From assembly GCA_046563655.1 (NCBI GenBank), contig CM102287.1, positions 1,922,001-1,986,000 of the forward strand: 64,000 bases of DNA, read 5' to 3'. How positions within the stretch are numbered: the first letter of the stretch is position 1; every line of letters begins with the position of its first letter. Of the stretch, positions 9,318 to 19,931 are shown piece by piece. The notes beneath the pieces are model-generated. The model was not told the DNA's origin, ran no database searches, and worked only from the letters and a program-made list of their open reading frames with translations. This DNA comes from Yuukianura sp. NJ FZ-2021 (taxonomy: Eukaryota). A program made the position numbers and the translations under genes.

Positions 9318-12300
9318 ATGGACGGGATCAGGAAATTTAAGTGCGACAATTGTGGTGACCGTTTTGATTCACAAGACTCTTATTGGGATCACGCGTTTCA
9401 ACTTCATGTTTACGACCTTCGCATACCACGTCAAGGTATTTTTGAACAAAAAAAAATAAGATTTGAGTTGGGCACCTTTTGAGGGTATGTTACTTTGGCT
9501 AGAGTGGGAGCCTCGGGACGATCAGGTTCCGGGTCCAAGTCGTCCCAGAGTAACAGGAAGTGACGGATCTGAAGCGAGGAATTTTGGAAGTCCAGAAGAA
9601 CCAATTCTTGATGCAATTTTAGAAGGGCTGCTTGATTATGAAGGTAGCAACAAGAGAAAATGACTCAATTGCATAGTCCTGAAATACAAAAAATTTTTTT
9701 TGTAGAAGAATTGTCAGAGACTCAGCAATCGGTCATGAATGCAGACTTGGCAAACTATCGCGAGAGATTCTGTTCACACTGCGCCATCAAGTTTGAGAAC
9801 GCCGGAGAGCTCGATTACCATCGGTTCGAGTTTCATCGGGAACTCTACACTGATCATGCGGAAGGTCAACAGTGGGGAGGAACTGAAAGTCGGCTTGAGA
9901 TTCGAGAAGTCATGAGGGCTGGACGTCGCCGAAATGGCGGTGATGGTGGCATCGTAAGAGAATTCGAAGTCGATTTGACTGAACGACTGTTTGCAGACGT
10001 GACTGGCGTGATGCGAAGTACAGCTAACGCCCTGACAATTTTGCTCGAGGGACTTGTTCAAGAGTTTAGGGGTCTGAAATTGATTGGAACATTGATTGCA
10101 GAGATGACTAGAAGATCAAGGGACCGGCCAGGTGAAGCCGAAGTCGAACGGTTTCCATTCAACAGTTTTCTACATGGGTGTTTTCATCAAAGTATGATTC
10201 AAACTATTCTGAGGCAGATGTTCTCGAAAATGAGGTTGTCTTTGGAATCATTCATTCACCACGGTTCGGGCTGGAAACTGAAGCGCTTCTTGCTACTTCA
10301 AGTTAGAGTTTTTGAGTTTAGGATGGACCGAGGGTCGGCTTGGATTCCAACTCCCAAAGTCATTCGCGACAAACGGTGCATCATAAATATTCGGAACAAT
10401 GACGAATTCTGCTTCAAGTACGCCGTCCTTGCAGAACTGAACCCACTTTACAAGAACCCAAATGTTGACTGGTACGCCTTTACCAATCCTAGGAATTATC
10501 AGAGAAATTGTGCCGAGATTGACTGGGATTGCTTAAATTTTCCGGTGACAATCGGACAACTTGACAAGTTCCACCACTTCAACCCACAGATTGCAGTTAA
10601 TGTGTTTGGCTACGAATCACGAGACGAACTTGCTCCAAGTTTGAAAGGCAAAAAGAAGATTGACATTTTCCCTCTTTATATTTGTAGAGAGAAAAGAGCA
10701 AAAAGTGTGGATTTGTTGTTAATAATCGATGGGAACAATTCTCATTACACACTGTTGCGTCAAAGTGATTATAATCCGACGGAGGGCTTGTCTCGATTAC
10801 TCGGAGAGGGTGAACGTAATTATGAAAAGTTTGTGTGTCGATTCTGTATGTGCTTCTCAACAAGTGGACTGAATTTGCAAACTCACCAAAAGTATTGTGC
10901 GTCACTGGACCTACAACGCGTCGTGTTACCAACCCAACAAATGTACACGTCGGACTTCATTGTGCAACGGCTTCCGGTGCCATATGTCATTTATTTAGAC
11001 TTTGAGGCACTTTTAGTACCTACGGATGGGATTGGTACTCGACAAATTGGTGATGTTTATAACGAACATTTTGACTGCGGCTGGTCAATGAGTATCATTG
11101 GACCTGACGGGTTTCTTGCGGACCGTGTTGTGACATTTTGTGGTCCGAATGCTGCACTGAAGTTGATTGACGAACTCGTATCTGTTGCAGCAAAGATATA
11201 TCCGATTTTGAAAAAAGATGTCGGCCGTGACCCGCGCTGGATCTAATCTGACTATACTAATCTCCTGTCAGCTTCAACTCACTGTATCCATTGTGGTTTA
11301 GAGTTTGTGCAAGGAGTTGACACTAAGTGCATTGACCATTGCCATATTACATCAGCAATTCGGGGAGTGAGTTGCGGTCCGTGTAACTTGAAAGCACAAG
11401 TCTGCTCATTTATTCCAGGTTTGTGTCATGGTTTTCGGCATTATGATTCAAAATTTATTGTGCAAGCATTACGTGCTAGTACAATTAAATCTGTGGAAGT
11501 GTTGGCGAGCAGCAGCGTCGAAAAGTTTACTTCGCTTCGCTTGACAACCCATGGAGACCATGTCTTACGAATGATTGACTCGTATCAGTTTATTAGTGCA
11601 AGCTTAGCAGAGCAAGTAAAAATGCTTGCCAAGGAGGGAAAAGACAAGTTTCCTGTGACATGTCAACATTTTGAAAAGTACGAAAGTAAAATCGATCTAC
11701 TTTTAAGGAAAGGGGTTTACCCCTACAGTTATTTTGACTGTATGGAGAGATTTGAGGAAACGTGTTTGCCACCAGCCGACAAATGGAAAAGCGATTTGAC
11801 TGGGAAATCCATCAGTCCTGAAGACTTTGAACATGCGCACACAGTTTGGAGGGAATTTGGCTGTCAAACATTGAGAGATTATCACAACTTATACGTTTCT
11901 CTTGATGTCTGTCTGCTGGCGGATTGTTTTCAGAATATGAGAAGAAGTATGCTCGAGAGCTTCCGTTTGGATCCTGCACATTATCTAACTCTTCCAGGAA
12001 TAGCATACGACGCTGCAATGTTGGCCGGAAAAGTGGATTACGAGTATTTGCGCGAGATTGACAAGTACATGTTTTTTGAACGCGGAATTCGGGGTGGAAT
12101 TTGTTCCGTCGGACTACGTTACGCAAAGGCGAATAACCCTTACTTGGGTGATTTGTATGACCCTACGCTTCCATTGAGTTACATTTGTTACTTGGATGCA
12201 AACGCCTTGTATGCAACTTGCCTTAGGAACTACGTTCCGTGGAAGGATTTTGTGTGGGAAAAGTCATTGGAAAACAGAACGAGAAATTTGGATGCTGTGG

Positions 12301-13566
12301 TGAAAATGATCATGGAAATGGAGGATTGTGGTCCGGAAGGATTAGTTTTGGAGGTAGATTTGGATTACCCACCGGAGTTACATGATTCTCACAATGACTA
12401 CCCATTAGCAGTACAACGAAGTGAAATAACATACGATTGGCTCTCCGACTACACGAAAGAAGTTTTGAAGAACGTGGGAGCTACACCTGGATCTTGTAAG
12501 AAAACAAAACTTCTTGGGACATTGTGCAACAAACGAGACTACGTTATTCATTACCGACTTTTGAAGTTATTTTTGGAGCTGGGCCTGAAACTTGTGAAAG
12601 TCCACAGGGGTATTCGGTTTACTCAAGGTCCATTGTTTCGTGTATACACTGACATTTGTATAACACGTCGTCGTCAAGCAACGAATCCAGTGGATAAGAA
12701 TTTTTACAAGGCGATGGGAAATATTTTGGCGGGCAAAGTTTACCAAAATGTTCGAAAATATAGACGGATCAACATTGCATTATCAAGAGAGAAGATGAGA
12801 GAATATGCCCGAAAGCCAACCGTTGCGGATGTCAAAATCATTCATGATGAGTGTGTTTTGTTTGTGATGAAGAAGTTAGCTGCTAGGCTGGATAAACCGA
12901 TATTTGTTGGGCAGTGCATTTTGGATGATTCCAAATGTAGGATGTACAGCTTTTACTACAAATGGTTGAAGCCGCGATATGGAGACAACATGAGACTGAT
13001 GTATACAGATACTGACAGTTTTTTGCTTCATATCAAGGCAGAGGATGTGTATGCAGATATTGCTGAAAGTGTACGAAACAATGAAGGAGTTTTTGACACG
13101 TCAAAATATGATCGAGAAAATAAAAGGTTCGGACATTTGTGGAGTGACCAATTTGAAGGAGTCGGTGGTTGTTTCAAGGATGAATGTGCCAACGAGGTAA
13201 TTTTGGAGGCTGTTGCATTGAAGCCAAAAATGTATGCAATAAAGATGTTGAAGGAAGATGGAACCCACGCTCAACTGAAGAAGGCAAAAGGTACTGTACG
13301 CTCTGTTGTCGAGAATGAATTGGATTTTGAAGATTACAAAAAAGTTTTGGAAGAAGGACGGTTCAAGGCTTACAGCATGAATATAATTAGAAGTTTAAAT
13401 CATCGTTTGTATACAACTACATTGTACAAAAAAAAGTTTGTCAGCGTATGAAGATAAGAGTTTTTATTTGTCACCAATTGATTCATTAAGATTTGGTCAT
13501 TATAGAATTGAGTTAGAAAAAAATTTGCATCGAATTGTAGATGATGATGTTGATGAAGATGAATAA
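9318..13566 (+). pseudogene. polB: Protein-primed family B DNA polymerase; introns 9436-9502 and 9644-9705, in-frame TAA 11244-11246, poly-A frameshift near 13430
   Basis: C2H2-like fingers, exonuclease YLDFEA, endonuclease VII-like CIHC...DHCH...CGPCN, YLDANALY, K...N...GK, YTDTDS, KKAKG. The shifted frame supplies the expected LSAYEDKS...FGHY tail. Confidence 0.92.
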
Positions 13567-13624
13567 AGCCAATCAGATCAATTGTCCGTCCAGTTAGTAG
13601 TTGTTTGGTGTTTGATTTGTTAAG

Positions 13625-14284
13625 ATGGAAATTCAATGTTCGTTGCAGCATCCGTTTGTTATGGTTTTGGCGGGTCCTACACAAAGTGGGAAAAGTACTT
13701 TGATAAGAAAAGTTTTGGAACGCATAGACGAAGCTGTTGAGCCGGAAATCAAGCGTATAATCTATTGCTATGCGGAGGATGAACCGGATTTTGCAAAAAC
13801 TGTAAAAGGAATTAATAGGAGAAACGGTGTTGAAATTGATTTTCGCCAAGGTATGGATCAACTTGATGTTGACGTTGGAAACAAGACGCCAACACTTGTT
13901 GTGCTGGATGACTTTATGGAAGACCTTGGGTCATCATTGGATATTTGTAAAATGGTTACCCGTGGTTCTCATCACCGGTCACTCTCCCTGATGATTACGA
14001 TTCAAAATTTTTTCTTCAAGGGATGTAGGAATTTGACATTAAATGCAAAGTATGTTGCGTTATTTCGTAATCCGAGAGATAAAACTATAATAAAATATCT
14101 GGGACGACAAATGAATGGCGGAAAATCAAATTCGACACTGGAAGAAGCATTTGAGGATGCAACAAAGAATAAGCCAAATAGCTATTTGTTTTTAGATATG
14201 TCTCAAAGTCAAAATGATGACTTTCGAATACGATCAAATGTATTTGCAGATCCAGAATCTTGTATAGTATATTTGAAAAAGTAA
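13625..14284 (+). CDS. A32/FtsK-like DNA packaging ATPase
   Basis: Walker A GPTQSGKS, Walker B LVVLDD, TRGSHHR..S...TIQN, FRNPRD. Confidence 0.93.
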   Translation: MEIQCSLQHPFVMVLAGPTQSGKSTLIRKVLERIDEAVEPEIKRIIYCYAEDEPDFAKTVKGINRRNGVEIDFRQGMDQLDVDVGNKTPTLVVLDDFMEDLGSSLDICKMVTRGSHHRSLSLMITIQNFFFKGCRNLTLNAKYVALFRNPRDKTIIKYLGRQMNGGKSNSTLEEAFEDATKNKPNSYLFLDMSQSQNDDFRIRSNVFADPESCIVYLKK

Positions 14285-14290
14285 CATACC

Positions 14291-14785
14291 TTAGTTTCGT
14301 TTCAACTTTGACAGTCCTTCTGTGAGACAATCAAATAAATGAATTGGAATCACAACACTAGATCCAGCATCGTAAACATTTTTAATATGTAAATGTGTGA
14401 GCGGTCCTTGGTCATTTCCTTGTTCATTGCCAATGTAGAGCTGCCAACCATCTTCCAAATTTACTCGTGGTGGTGGATGTGGTTTAGGAAATTCTTGACG
14501 AACTTCAACAACCATTGCCAAAGATGTGACTTTACGAGGAATCTTGGGAATTCGAACTCGTTTGCGTTGTTTTTTTTCTTGGGTAGTATCCGTGAGTATA
14601 TTTGGGTTTAGGTTAAGAAAATCTTGAATTGGAGAATCCATTTCGACTGGCTGGAGTTCCGACGTTTTATTGAGGTTACAGTTACAAGAAAAGGTTTCAC
14701 AAACAGTAATTGTTGTAGTTGAATTTTTTTTGAAGCAAAAATTTGCAAAAGAACGCCACAGAGAGCAAATTTGACACGAGCTCAT
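14291..14785 (-). CDS. Polinton hypothetical protein
   Basis: 164-aa ORF packed between the integrase and ATPase stops, with a basic KKQRKRVR stretch. No recognised domain. Confidence 0.5.
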   Translation of the reverse strand: MSSCQICSLWRSFANFCFKKNSTTTITVCETFSCNCNLNKTSELQPVEMDSPIQDFLNLNPNILTDTTQEKKQRKRVRIPKIPRKVTSLAMVVEVRQEFPKPHPPPRVNLEDGWQLYIGNEQGNDQGPLTHLHIKNVYDAGSSVVIPIHLFDCLTEGLSKLKRN

Positions 14786-14797
14786 GTCACGACGAAG

Positions 14798-15760
14798 TTA
14801 AACTGAAGACTGAGGAACGCGTTGCAGCTCTTCGTTGTAAAATATTCCAAATATGTCTTCACCTTTGCCGTCTTTTAACTTGTAAGTGATGGGAACGGAG
14901 TTGCAAACTTCAACAATCTGGAAAATTTCTTTTGTCCAGCTTTGGGCGTATCCCTTTTCAAAAAGTGTTTTATATTTACTAAGTAGTACGGAGTCTCCAA
15001 CATTGAAGGTAGCAGGTTTCCGTTTCGTTTGGTTTTGTTTTGGTAAGTGTCCGTACAAATTTAGAAATACTTCAGTTTTTGTGTCGTCATTGACTTGGTT
15101 TGGTGTACATTTTATGGAGCGATGATATGTGTTGTTGTATGAAGTTACAATATTTTGCAAAACATCTAAGAATTTTGTGGTCTGATTGTGTGTCATATAT
15201 CTCGCCAACCTTCTCATTAATGTTTGGTTAAATCTTTCAACAATAACTGCCTTCAGTTCTGATCTAGTACTAAAGAATGAAACAGAGTATTGTTTTAAAA
15301 GCTGTTTAACATTTCGATTTAAAAATTCTTTCCCTTCGTCAAATTGAATTGACTTTGGAGGGCCTCTTTTCTTAAAGATTTTTTGTAAAGCGTTTGCTAC
15401 TTGACTCCCAGTTTTATTTTTTAAAGGGATGACGTCAGCGACTTTAGAAAAACCGTCAATACAAGTCAACAAGAACTTATGATTCGTATTTGCTTCAGAA
15501 TACTTTGAAATATCGATTAGATCAATTATATACTGATATCTTATGGACGGAATAAAAACTTTTCGTCTTTTGTAGCGTTTCCGAGCCGGTTTGTGAAGAG
15601 TATAAGCCGGAATTTGTTCTAATGCTTTTACTACATCAGTTTTTGTGACCCCACTCTTCTTTTGAACTTTGAAAGTTCCTTCTAATCCTGAAAATGCAAA
15701 ACTTGAACGAGGATTGACGTAGTCTTTGCGTATTTTGTCTATCAAATGTTTCTGCTCCAT
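14798..15760 (-). CDS. int: Polinton retroviral-like (rve) integrase
   Basis: YTLHKPARKRY, IDLID, IDGFSK, IQFDEGKEF, VERFNQTL, YNNTYHRSI, FEKGY..SWTKEIF, FYNEELQ. Confidence 0.95.
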   Translation of the reverse strand: MEQKHLIDKIRKDYVNPRSSFAFSGLEGTFKVQKKSGVTKTDVVKALEQIPAYTLHKPARKRYKRRKVFIPSIRYQYIIDLIDISKYSEANTNHKFLLTCIDGFSKVADVIPLKNKTGSQVANALQKIFKKRGPPKSIQFDEGKEFLNRNVKQLLKQYSVSFFSTRSELKAVIVERFNQTLMRRLARYMTHNQTTKFLDVLQNIVTSYNNTYHRSIKCTPNQVNDDTKTEVFLNLYGHLPKQNQTKRKPATFNVGDSVLLSKYKTLFEKGYAQSWTKEIFQIVEVCNSVPITYKLKDGKGEDIFGIFYNEELQRVPQSSV

Positions 15761-15886
15761 TGTCTAAATGAAATCTGACCCTAAGAATTGAAAATCCTAA
15801 ACTTTTTATAGGAGAGGTATACACAATGAAATGAGTCATTTGAAGTTTCAACATGAAACTGGTCACACGCATAAGTTCACACAACC

Positions 15887-16222
15887 ATGTCTACAACTGT
15901 GAAAGAAAACTCAGACTTTTTGAGATATTTAATCAAGTGTTCACCACAACAAAGAAAAGCGTTAATTAAATATGCTAGTAGTGGTGAAGTCAAAAGTATT
16001 TGTGAATGTGTTTTGAATATGTACAAAAAAAATGTTGGTCTAAAAAAGTCTACAGTTGAAAAGTTACGTCCATTCAAAAGAACAATACTTTCAATTGTAA
16101 AGAAGAGACGCTCATCATTGGCAAAAAAGAAAAAACTTTTGTCTCAAAGGGGTGGTGCAATAATTCCGTTGCTATTAGGATCTATGATCCCAAGTGTTCT
16201 ATCAGCCATCTTTCAAAAATGA
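15887..16222 (+). CDS. Small basic Polinton virion-type protein
   Basis: Lys/Arg-rich, ICECVLN motif, QRGG followed by a hydrophobic C-terminal helix (AIIPLLLGSMIPSVLSAIF). Confidence 0.75.
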   Translation: MSTTVKENSDFLRYLIKCSPQQRKALIKYASSGEVKSICECVLNMYKKNVGLKKSTVEKLRPFKRTILSIVKKRRSSLAKKKKLLSQRGGAIIPLLLGSMIPSVLSAIFQK

Positions 16223-17235
16223 AACGAATGCGTCTAATATCGGAATCAGAGTACAAGAACAAGTATGAAGAACCAAACAAAAGTTCCATAGAGTCACCAA
16301 AGATTGTGGGGGGCGAAGATGAAGATTTGGAACACAAGAAGCAAACAATTTTATCAGTTGACGATGTACCAGATGATATCAAAGCTCTTTTATACTATGA
16401 TTTTTCTCGCCGCCTACTCCAAAAAAAAAAAATTTTGTCAAATCGTCCAGTTTTAGTCAAGTCTATTTCTGAAACTAGTTCAAATTTGACATCAACCTCA
16501 AACACCAGTAACAACAACAGCAACAACAACAACAACAACAATCCATCCAACTTGGTACAAAAAATTGAGTATGTTACAGAACCATACATTTTAAAACAAG
16601 TACCAGGAAAGGATGCCAAAAAGTTTATAAACTTTATGAAATTGAGTAACATCACTTGGAATTCAGACTTGGAAATTTTGATTGATAATAAGCGAATTCC
16701 TTCTTCAAATATCATCAATGTCCTCTCTCAATTTATTTCATTTAAAAAGAAAAATTTGACCGAAAGGCAAAAACAAAATCTCCTATTTAATCTACCAGTT
16801 GGATGGAATGAAGTTTATGAACATTTACAAAAATTTGAAGAAATCCAAACACCACCACAAACTGTTCGTAGAATTCTTGAAAAAGTACCAACAGGAGAAG
16901 TTGGTAGTAGAAGAGAAAATTTAACTACTACAACAGTTGCCAGTGAACCAACAACCCCCCTTTCATCCCTTTTTAAAGGAGATTCTGAAGGAAATATTGA
17001 GGAGGAAGGGGATGATGATGATGATGTGGAAAGTAATACATTTGGTACACCACCAACCTTGTCTCCACAACAACATCAAAAATCATCTCCACTCAAATCT
17101 CTACCAATCAAAGACAGACTTCGAAAACGAGGAAACTTTACTACTACTACTACTACTACAAATGACAGTACAAAAAGTAAAAAAAAAATTGTCAAAAAAC
17201 AACTTGCCAAAAGTTGGGAAGCATATAAAAATTAA
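16219..17235 (+). CDS. Polinton conserved hypothetical protein
   Basis: 338 aa, ATGA overlap with the upstream gene. The ITWNSDLEILIDNKRIPSSNIINVL motif resembles a recurrent Polinton ORF (from memory). Confidence 0.7.
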   Translation: MKRMRLISESEYKNKYEEPNKSSIESPKIVGGEDEDLEHKKQTILSVDDVPDDIKALLYYDFSRRLLQKKKILSNRPVLVKSISETSSNLTSTSNTSNNNSNNNNNNNPSNLVQKIEYVTEPYILKQVPGKDAKKFINFMKLSNITWNSDLEILIDNKRIPSSNIINVLSQFISFKKKNLTERQKQNLLFNLPVGWNEVYEHLQKFEEIQTPPQTVRRILEKVPTGEVGSRRENLTTTTVASEPTTPLSSLFKGDSEGNIEEEGDDDDDVESNTFGTPPTLSPQQHQKSSPLKSLPIKDRLRKRGNFTTTTTTTNDSTKSKKKIVKKQLAKSWEAYKN

Positions 17236-17330
17236 AAAAAAAAATTCTTTTGTGTGTGTATTTGAAAAAAAAAATCCTTGCTTCCATGCTTGCAGGGATA
17301 CGCGCGCGCGCGGTCCCTGCTTTGCCATGG

Positions 17331-17570
17331 TGGGTTTTAAACCCAACAAGGCTACGCTGGGTGTTACTCCCTGCTGACCACGTGGGTTTTAACCCTGCGT
17401 GCAACTTGGGTTTAAGCCCTGCGTGCAACTTGGGTTAAAGCCCTGCGTGCAACTTGTATTTAAGCCCTGCGTGCAACTTGGGTTTAAGCCCTGCGTACAA
17501 CTTGGGTTTAAGCCCTGCGTACAACTTGGGTTTTACACCTGCGTGCAACCCGGGGTTTTTAACCCCTGTG
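17331..17570. repeat. 24-bp tandem array with palindromic core
   Basis: About 7-8 copies of CTTGGGTTTAAGCCCTGCGTGCAA with degenerate flanking copies. Confidence 0.92.
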
Positions 17571-17672
17571 CCCCCTCTACTTTTTTTTTCTCAAGTAGTA
17601 AGTAAACGTTGTATTTATATCTTAGTGTGATTTTGTATTTCGTCAAATAAACACGTGAATCTCAAAAAGAAA

Positions 17673-18473
17673 ATGGCGCATCAACAGCGTGACACCTCAT
17701 TTTTTGTAACATTACAATCAAACGCATGTATGGATTTATTTCCAGATAATAAAATTTCAAATTTCAAGAACCGTCTTTCCACAACAATCTCACTGCCAGC
17801 TGGGCAATGGGAAGTTGCGCTCACAGAAATTTCATACACATTTGGAAATGCAATAATACATTCTGGTGACGTGTTATTTTCAACTTTCAAAAAAAGTGAA
17901 GATGAGTCAGTATCAAGCCTACAAACATATGTTTGTAGCAGAAACATTACAAGTGAACAGGAACTGTTACAAGAACTTTCATCTGCTCTAACCGGAGCAA
18001 CTTTTGAAATTAGGGACCACATCTTCTATTATCAATTCCCTTTGCTACATGAAGGAATTATAGTTTCCCAAAAATTGGTTGATATACTTGGACTACCTAA
18101 AGCAAATCTTTCTGTAACAAGTAGTGCTAAAGCTACAGAAAAACTCTTTTTAAAACAACCTTTTCAACTCAAAGGTCAAGGAACAATGCCAGTGTTTTTT
18201 AATACTGGAAATACAAAAATGTTTGTATACTGTAACCTAATTAAACCACAATTTGTTGGAGATGTACTTGTACAGTGTCTGAGAGTTGTCAATTATGATG
18301 GACACATACGACGCCAAGTTGTAAATGAATTTACACATCCATATTTTTTGGACCTTGCCGTAAGTGAGTTTGACACTGTCAAGATCTACTTATTAAATGA
18401 AGTTGGAGAAAATCTGGCATTACAATTTGGAAACGTCACGGCGACACTTCGCTTCCGTCAGCGAAAATATTAA
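17673..18473 (+). CDS. Minor capsid protein (penton)
   Basis: FFVTLQSNACMDLFPDNKISNFKNRL...WEVALTEISY, FVYCNLIKPQFVGD...LRVV, TLRFR. Confidence 0.88.
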   Translation: MAHQQRDTSFFVTLQSNACMDLFPDNKISNFKNRLSTTISLPAGQWEVALTEISYTFGNAIIHSGDVLFSTFKKSEDESVSSLQTYVCSRNITSEQELLQELSSALTGATFEIRDHIFYYQFPLLHEGIIVSQKLVDILGLPKANLSVTSSAKATEKLFLKQPFQLKGQGTMPVFFNTGNTKMFVYCNLIKPQFVGDVLVQCLRVVNYDGHIRRQVVNEFTHPYFLDLAVSEFDTVKIYLLNEVGENLALQFGNVTATLRFRQRKY

Positions 18474-18486
18474 AACCAAAAACAAA

Positions 18487-18936
18487 ATGAGAGCCCTAGT
18501 CCCATACAATTGTGCCAGAGATAGTGCTCAAAATTTCTTCAAATTTTCAACCCATCCCTCCTCTCTTCATCAAGTTGGCTATGGATCCCCCATATTTTTT
18601 TCTGGAGTACGAAGACAAAGAGGAGCAGGGTTAGGAGCCGTACTAGGTACATTTGCAAGAAGGCTAGTACCATTTTTAAAAAAATATATCGCTCCACATG
18701 CATTGACTGCAGCCCGCTCAGTTGCATCCGACCTAATTGAACGTAAACGACCAATCTCTGAATCACTTCGTTCCCACGGTGTAGACGCTCTTAAAGGAGT
18801 AGGACGGGACTTGCTGAGTCAGACAGGATCTGGACGGCGAGCCGTAAAGAAGCGTAAAAAACGAAAGAAAGGGAAGAAGAAGAAGAAAATTATCAAAAAG
18901 AAAATAAAACCCTCCAAACCAAGATACCTATTTTGA
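18487..18936 (+). CDS. Basic virion/core or membrane-active precursor protein
   Basis: QVGYG, QRGAGLG followed by amphipathic LGTFARRLVPFLKK, QTGSG, and a poly-Lys tail. Confidence 0.75.
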   Translation: MRALVPYNCARDSAQNFFKFSTHPSSLHQVGYGSPIFFSGVRRQRGAGLGAVLGTFARRLVPFLKKYIAPHALTAARSVASDLIERKRPISESLRSHGVDALKGVGRDLLSQTGSGRRAVKKRKKRKKGKKKKKIIKKKIKPSKPRYLF

Positions 18937-19400
18937 ACAACAACAACAAAAAACAATGCCGAAAGTTAGGTCTTCTAAAGTTTCTCCTAGCACAGCTTCT
19001 TCTTCTTTGCCTTACACATTTGTTAGATCAGAAACACAACTCTTTGAAGAACCAATCTTTGATGTTAGTCTCGCATCAACCTCAGCTACGGAATTCCATT
19101 CAATCAACTCACTTTCAGACAATCAAGCCCCTCTGGAATTTTTTGTACAAGGAAATCAAACTGAACTAATCGACTTGTCTGAAACGAAACTTTATTTAAA
19201 AGTTAAAATTGTAAAGTCGAACGGCACGGATTTGGATGACAACAGCATTGTTGCTCCTGCCAACAATTTTCTTCACTCGCTATTTCTACAGTGTTCCATA
19301 TATCTCAATGAAGTTTTAATTACTCCTGCAAGTTTACAGTATGCCTACAGAGCATACTTGGAAACTTTACTCGGATATGGAAAAGAATACAAACGCTCTC

Positions 19401-19840
19401 TGTTAAAAATATGGTTAGAATAGATTAAATCATACAAACAAGAATATGCGTCAGAATAATGAATTAGAATTAGGACATCTGTCACTATTGACGTGAATGT
19501 AAATTAGGTTAAGGAGCAAAACAGGAATTGGTAAACTAATTATAAAGTAGGTAATTAAGTCACCTCATTTAGTTTACAATAACATAATAGACAAGGACAA
19601 GGAAAAGTCATAGTTGACGTAGGTTCTAAGAAAATACGTAGGAAATCGTTTTTGTCAAGGACACTAGGTCAGTGACTAATATTAAAATTAAGGTTAGTGT
19701 AGCCATATAAATACAAGTGATCTAGATAGGAAAAAGTGTCAGTGGTGCCTCGTAGAAACTACAAGTTTATAGTTCAAATAAATAAAACTTCAAAATCCAA
19801 AAGTGATTTATACGACTGAGTTTATTAGCAATTTTCAACA
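19401..19840 (+). repeat. Copia 5' LTR
   Basis: TGTTAAAA...TTTTCAACA, containing TATAAATA and AATAAA. One visible mismatch to the 3' LTR. Confidence 0.97.
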
Positions 19841-19854
19841 CGTTATCAGCACGA
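19841..19854 (+). promoter_or_regulatory. Copia PBS CGTTATCAGCACGA (half-tRNA-Ile type)
   Basis: Directly follows the LTR and is identical at 6135-6148. Confidence 0.75.
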
Positions 19855-19931
19855 TCTACACGATCTACGCGATCTTGACGATCTACCAAAAGAGTCCATT
19901 CTAGAAGAATCCAGCCAGCTTAGAAGACGCC

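Noticed and set aside
16500..17160. (AAC)n, (GAT)n and (ACT)n microsatellites
   Set aside because: They are low-complexity Asn, Asp and Thr codon runs within the 338-aa ORF.
17331..17605. 24-bp array as a CRISPR array or as a QLGFKPCV-repeat protein
   Set aside because: Units are contiguous with no unique spacers and there are no cas genes. The short ORFs are by-products of a repeat length divisible by 3.
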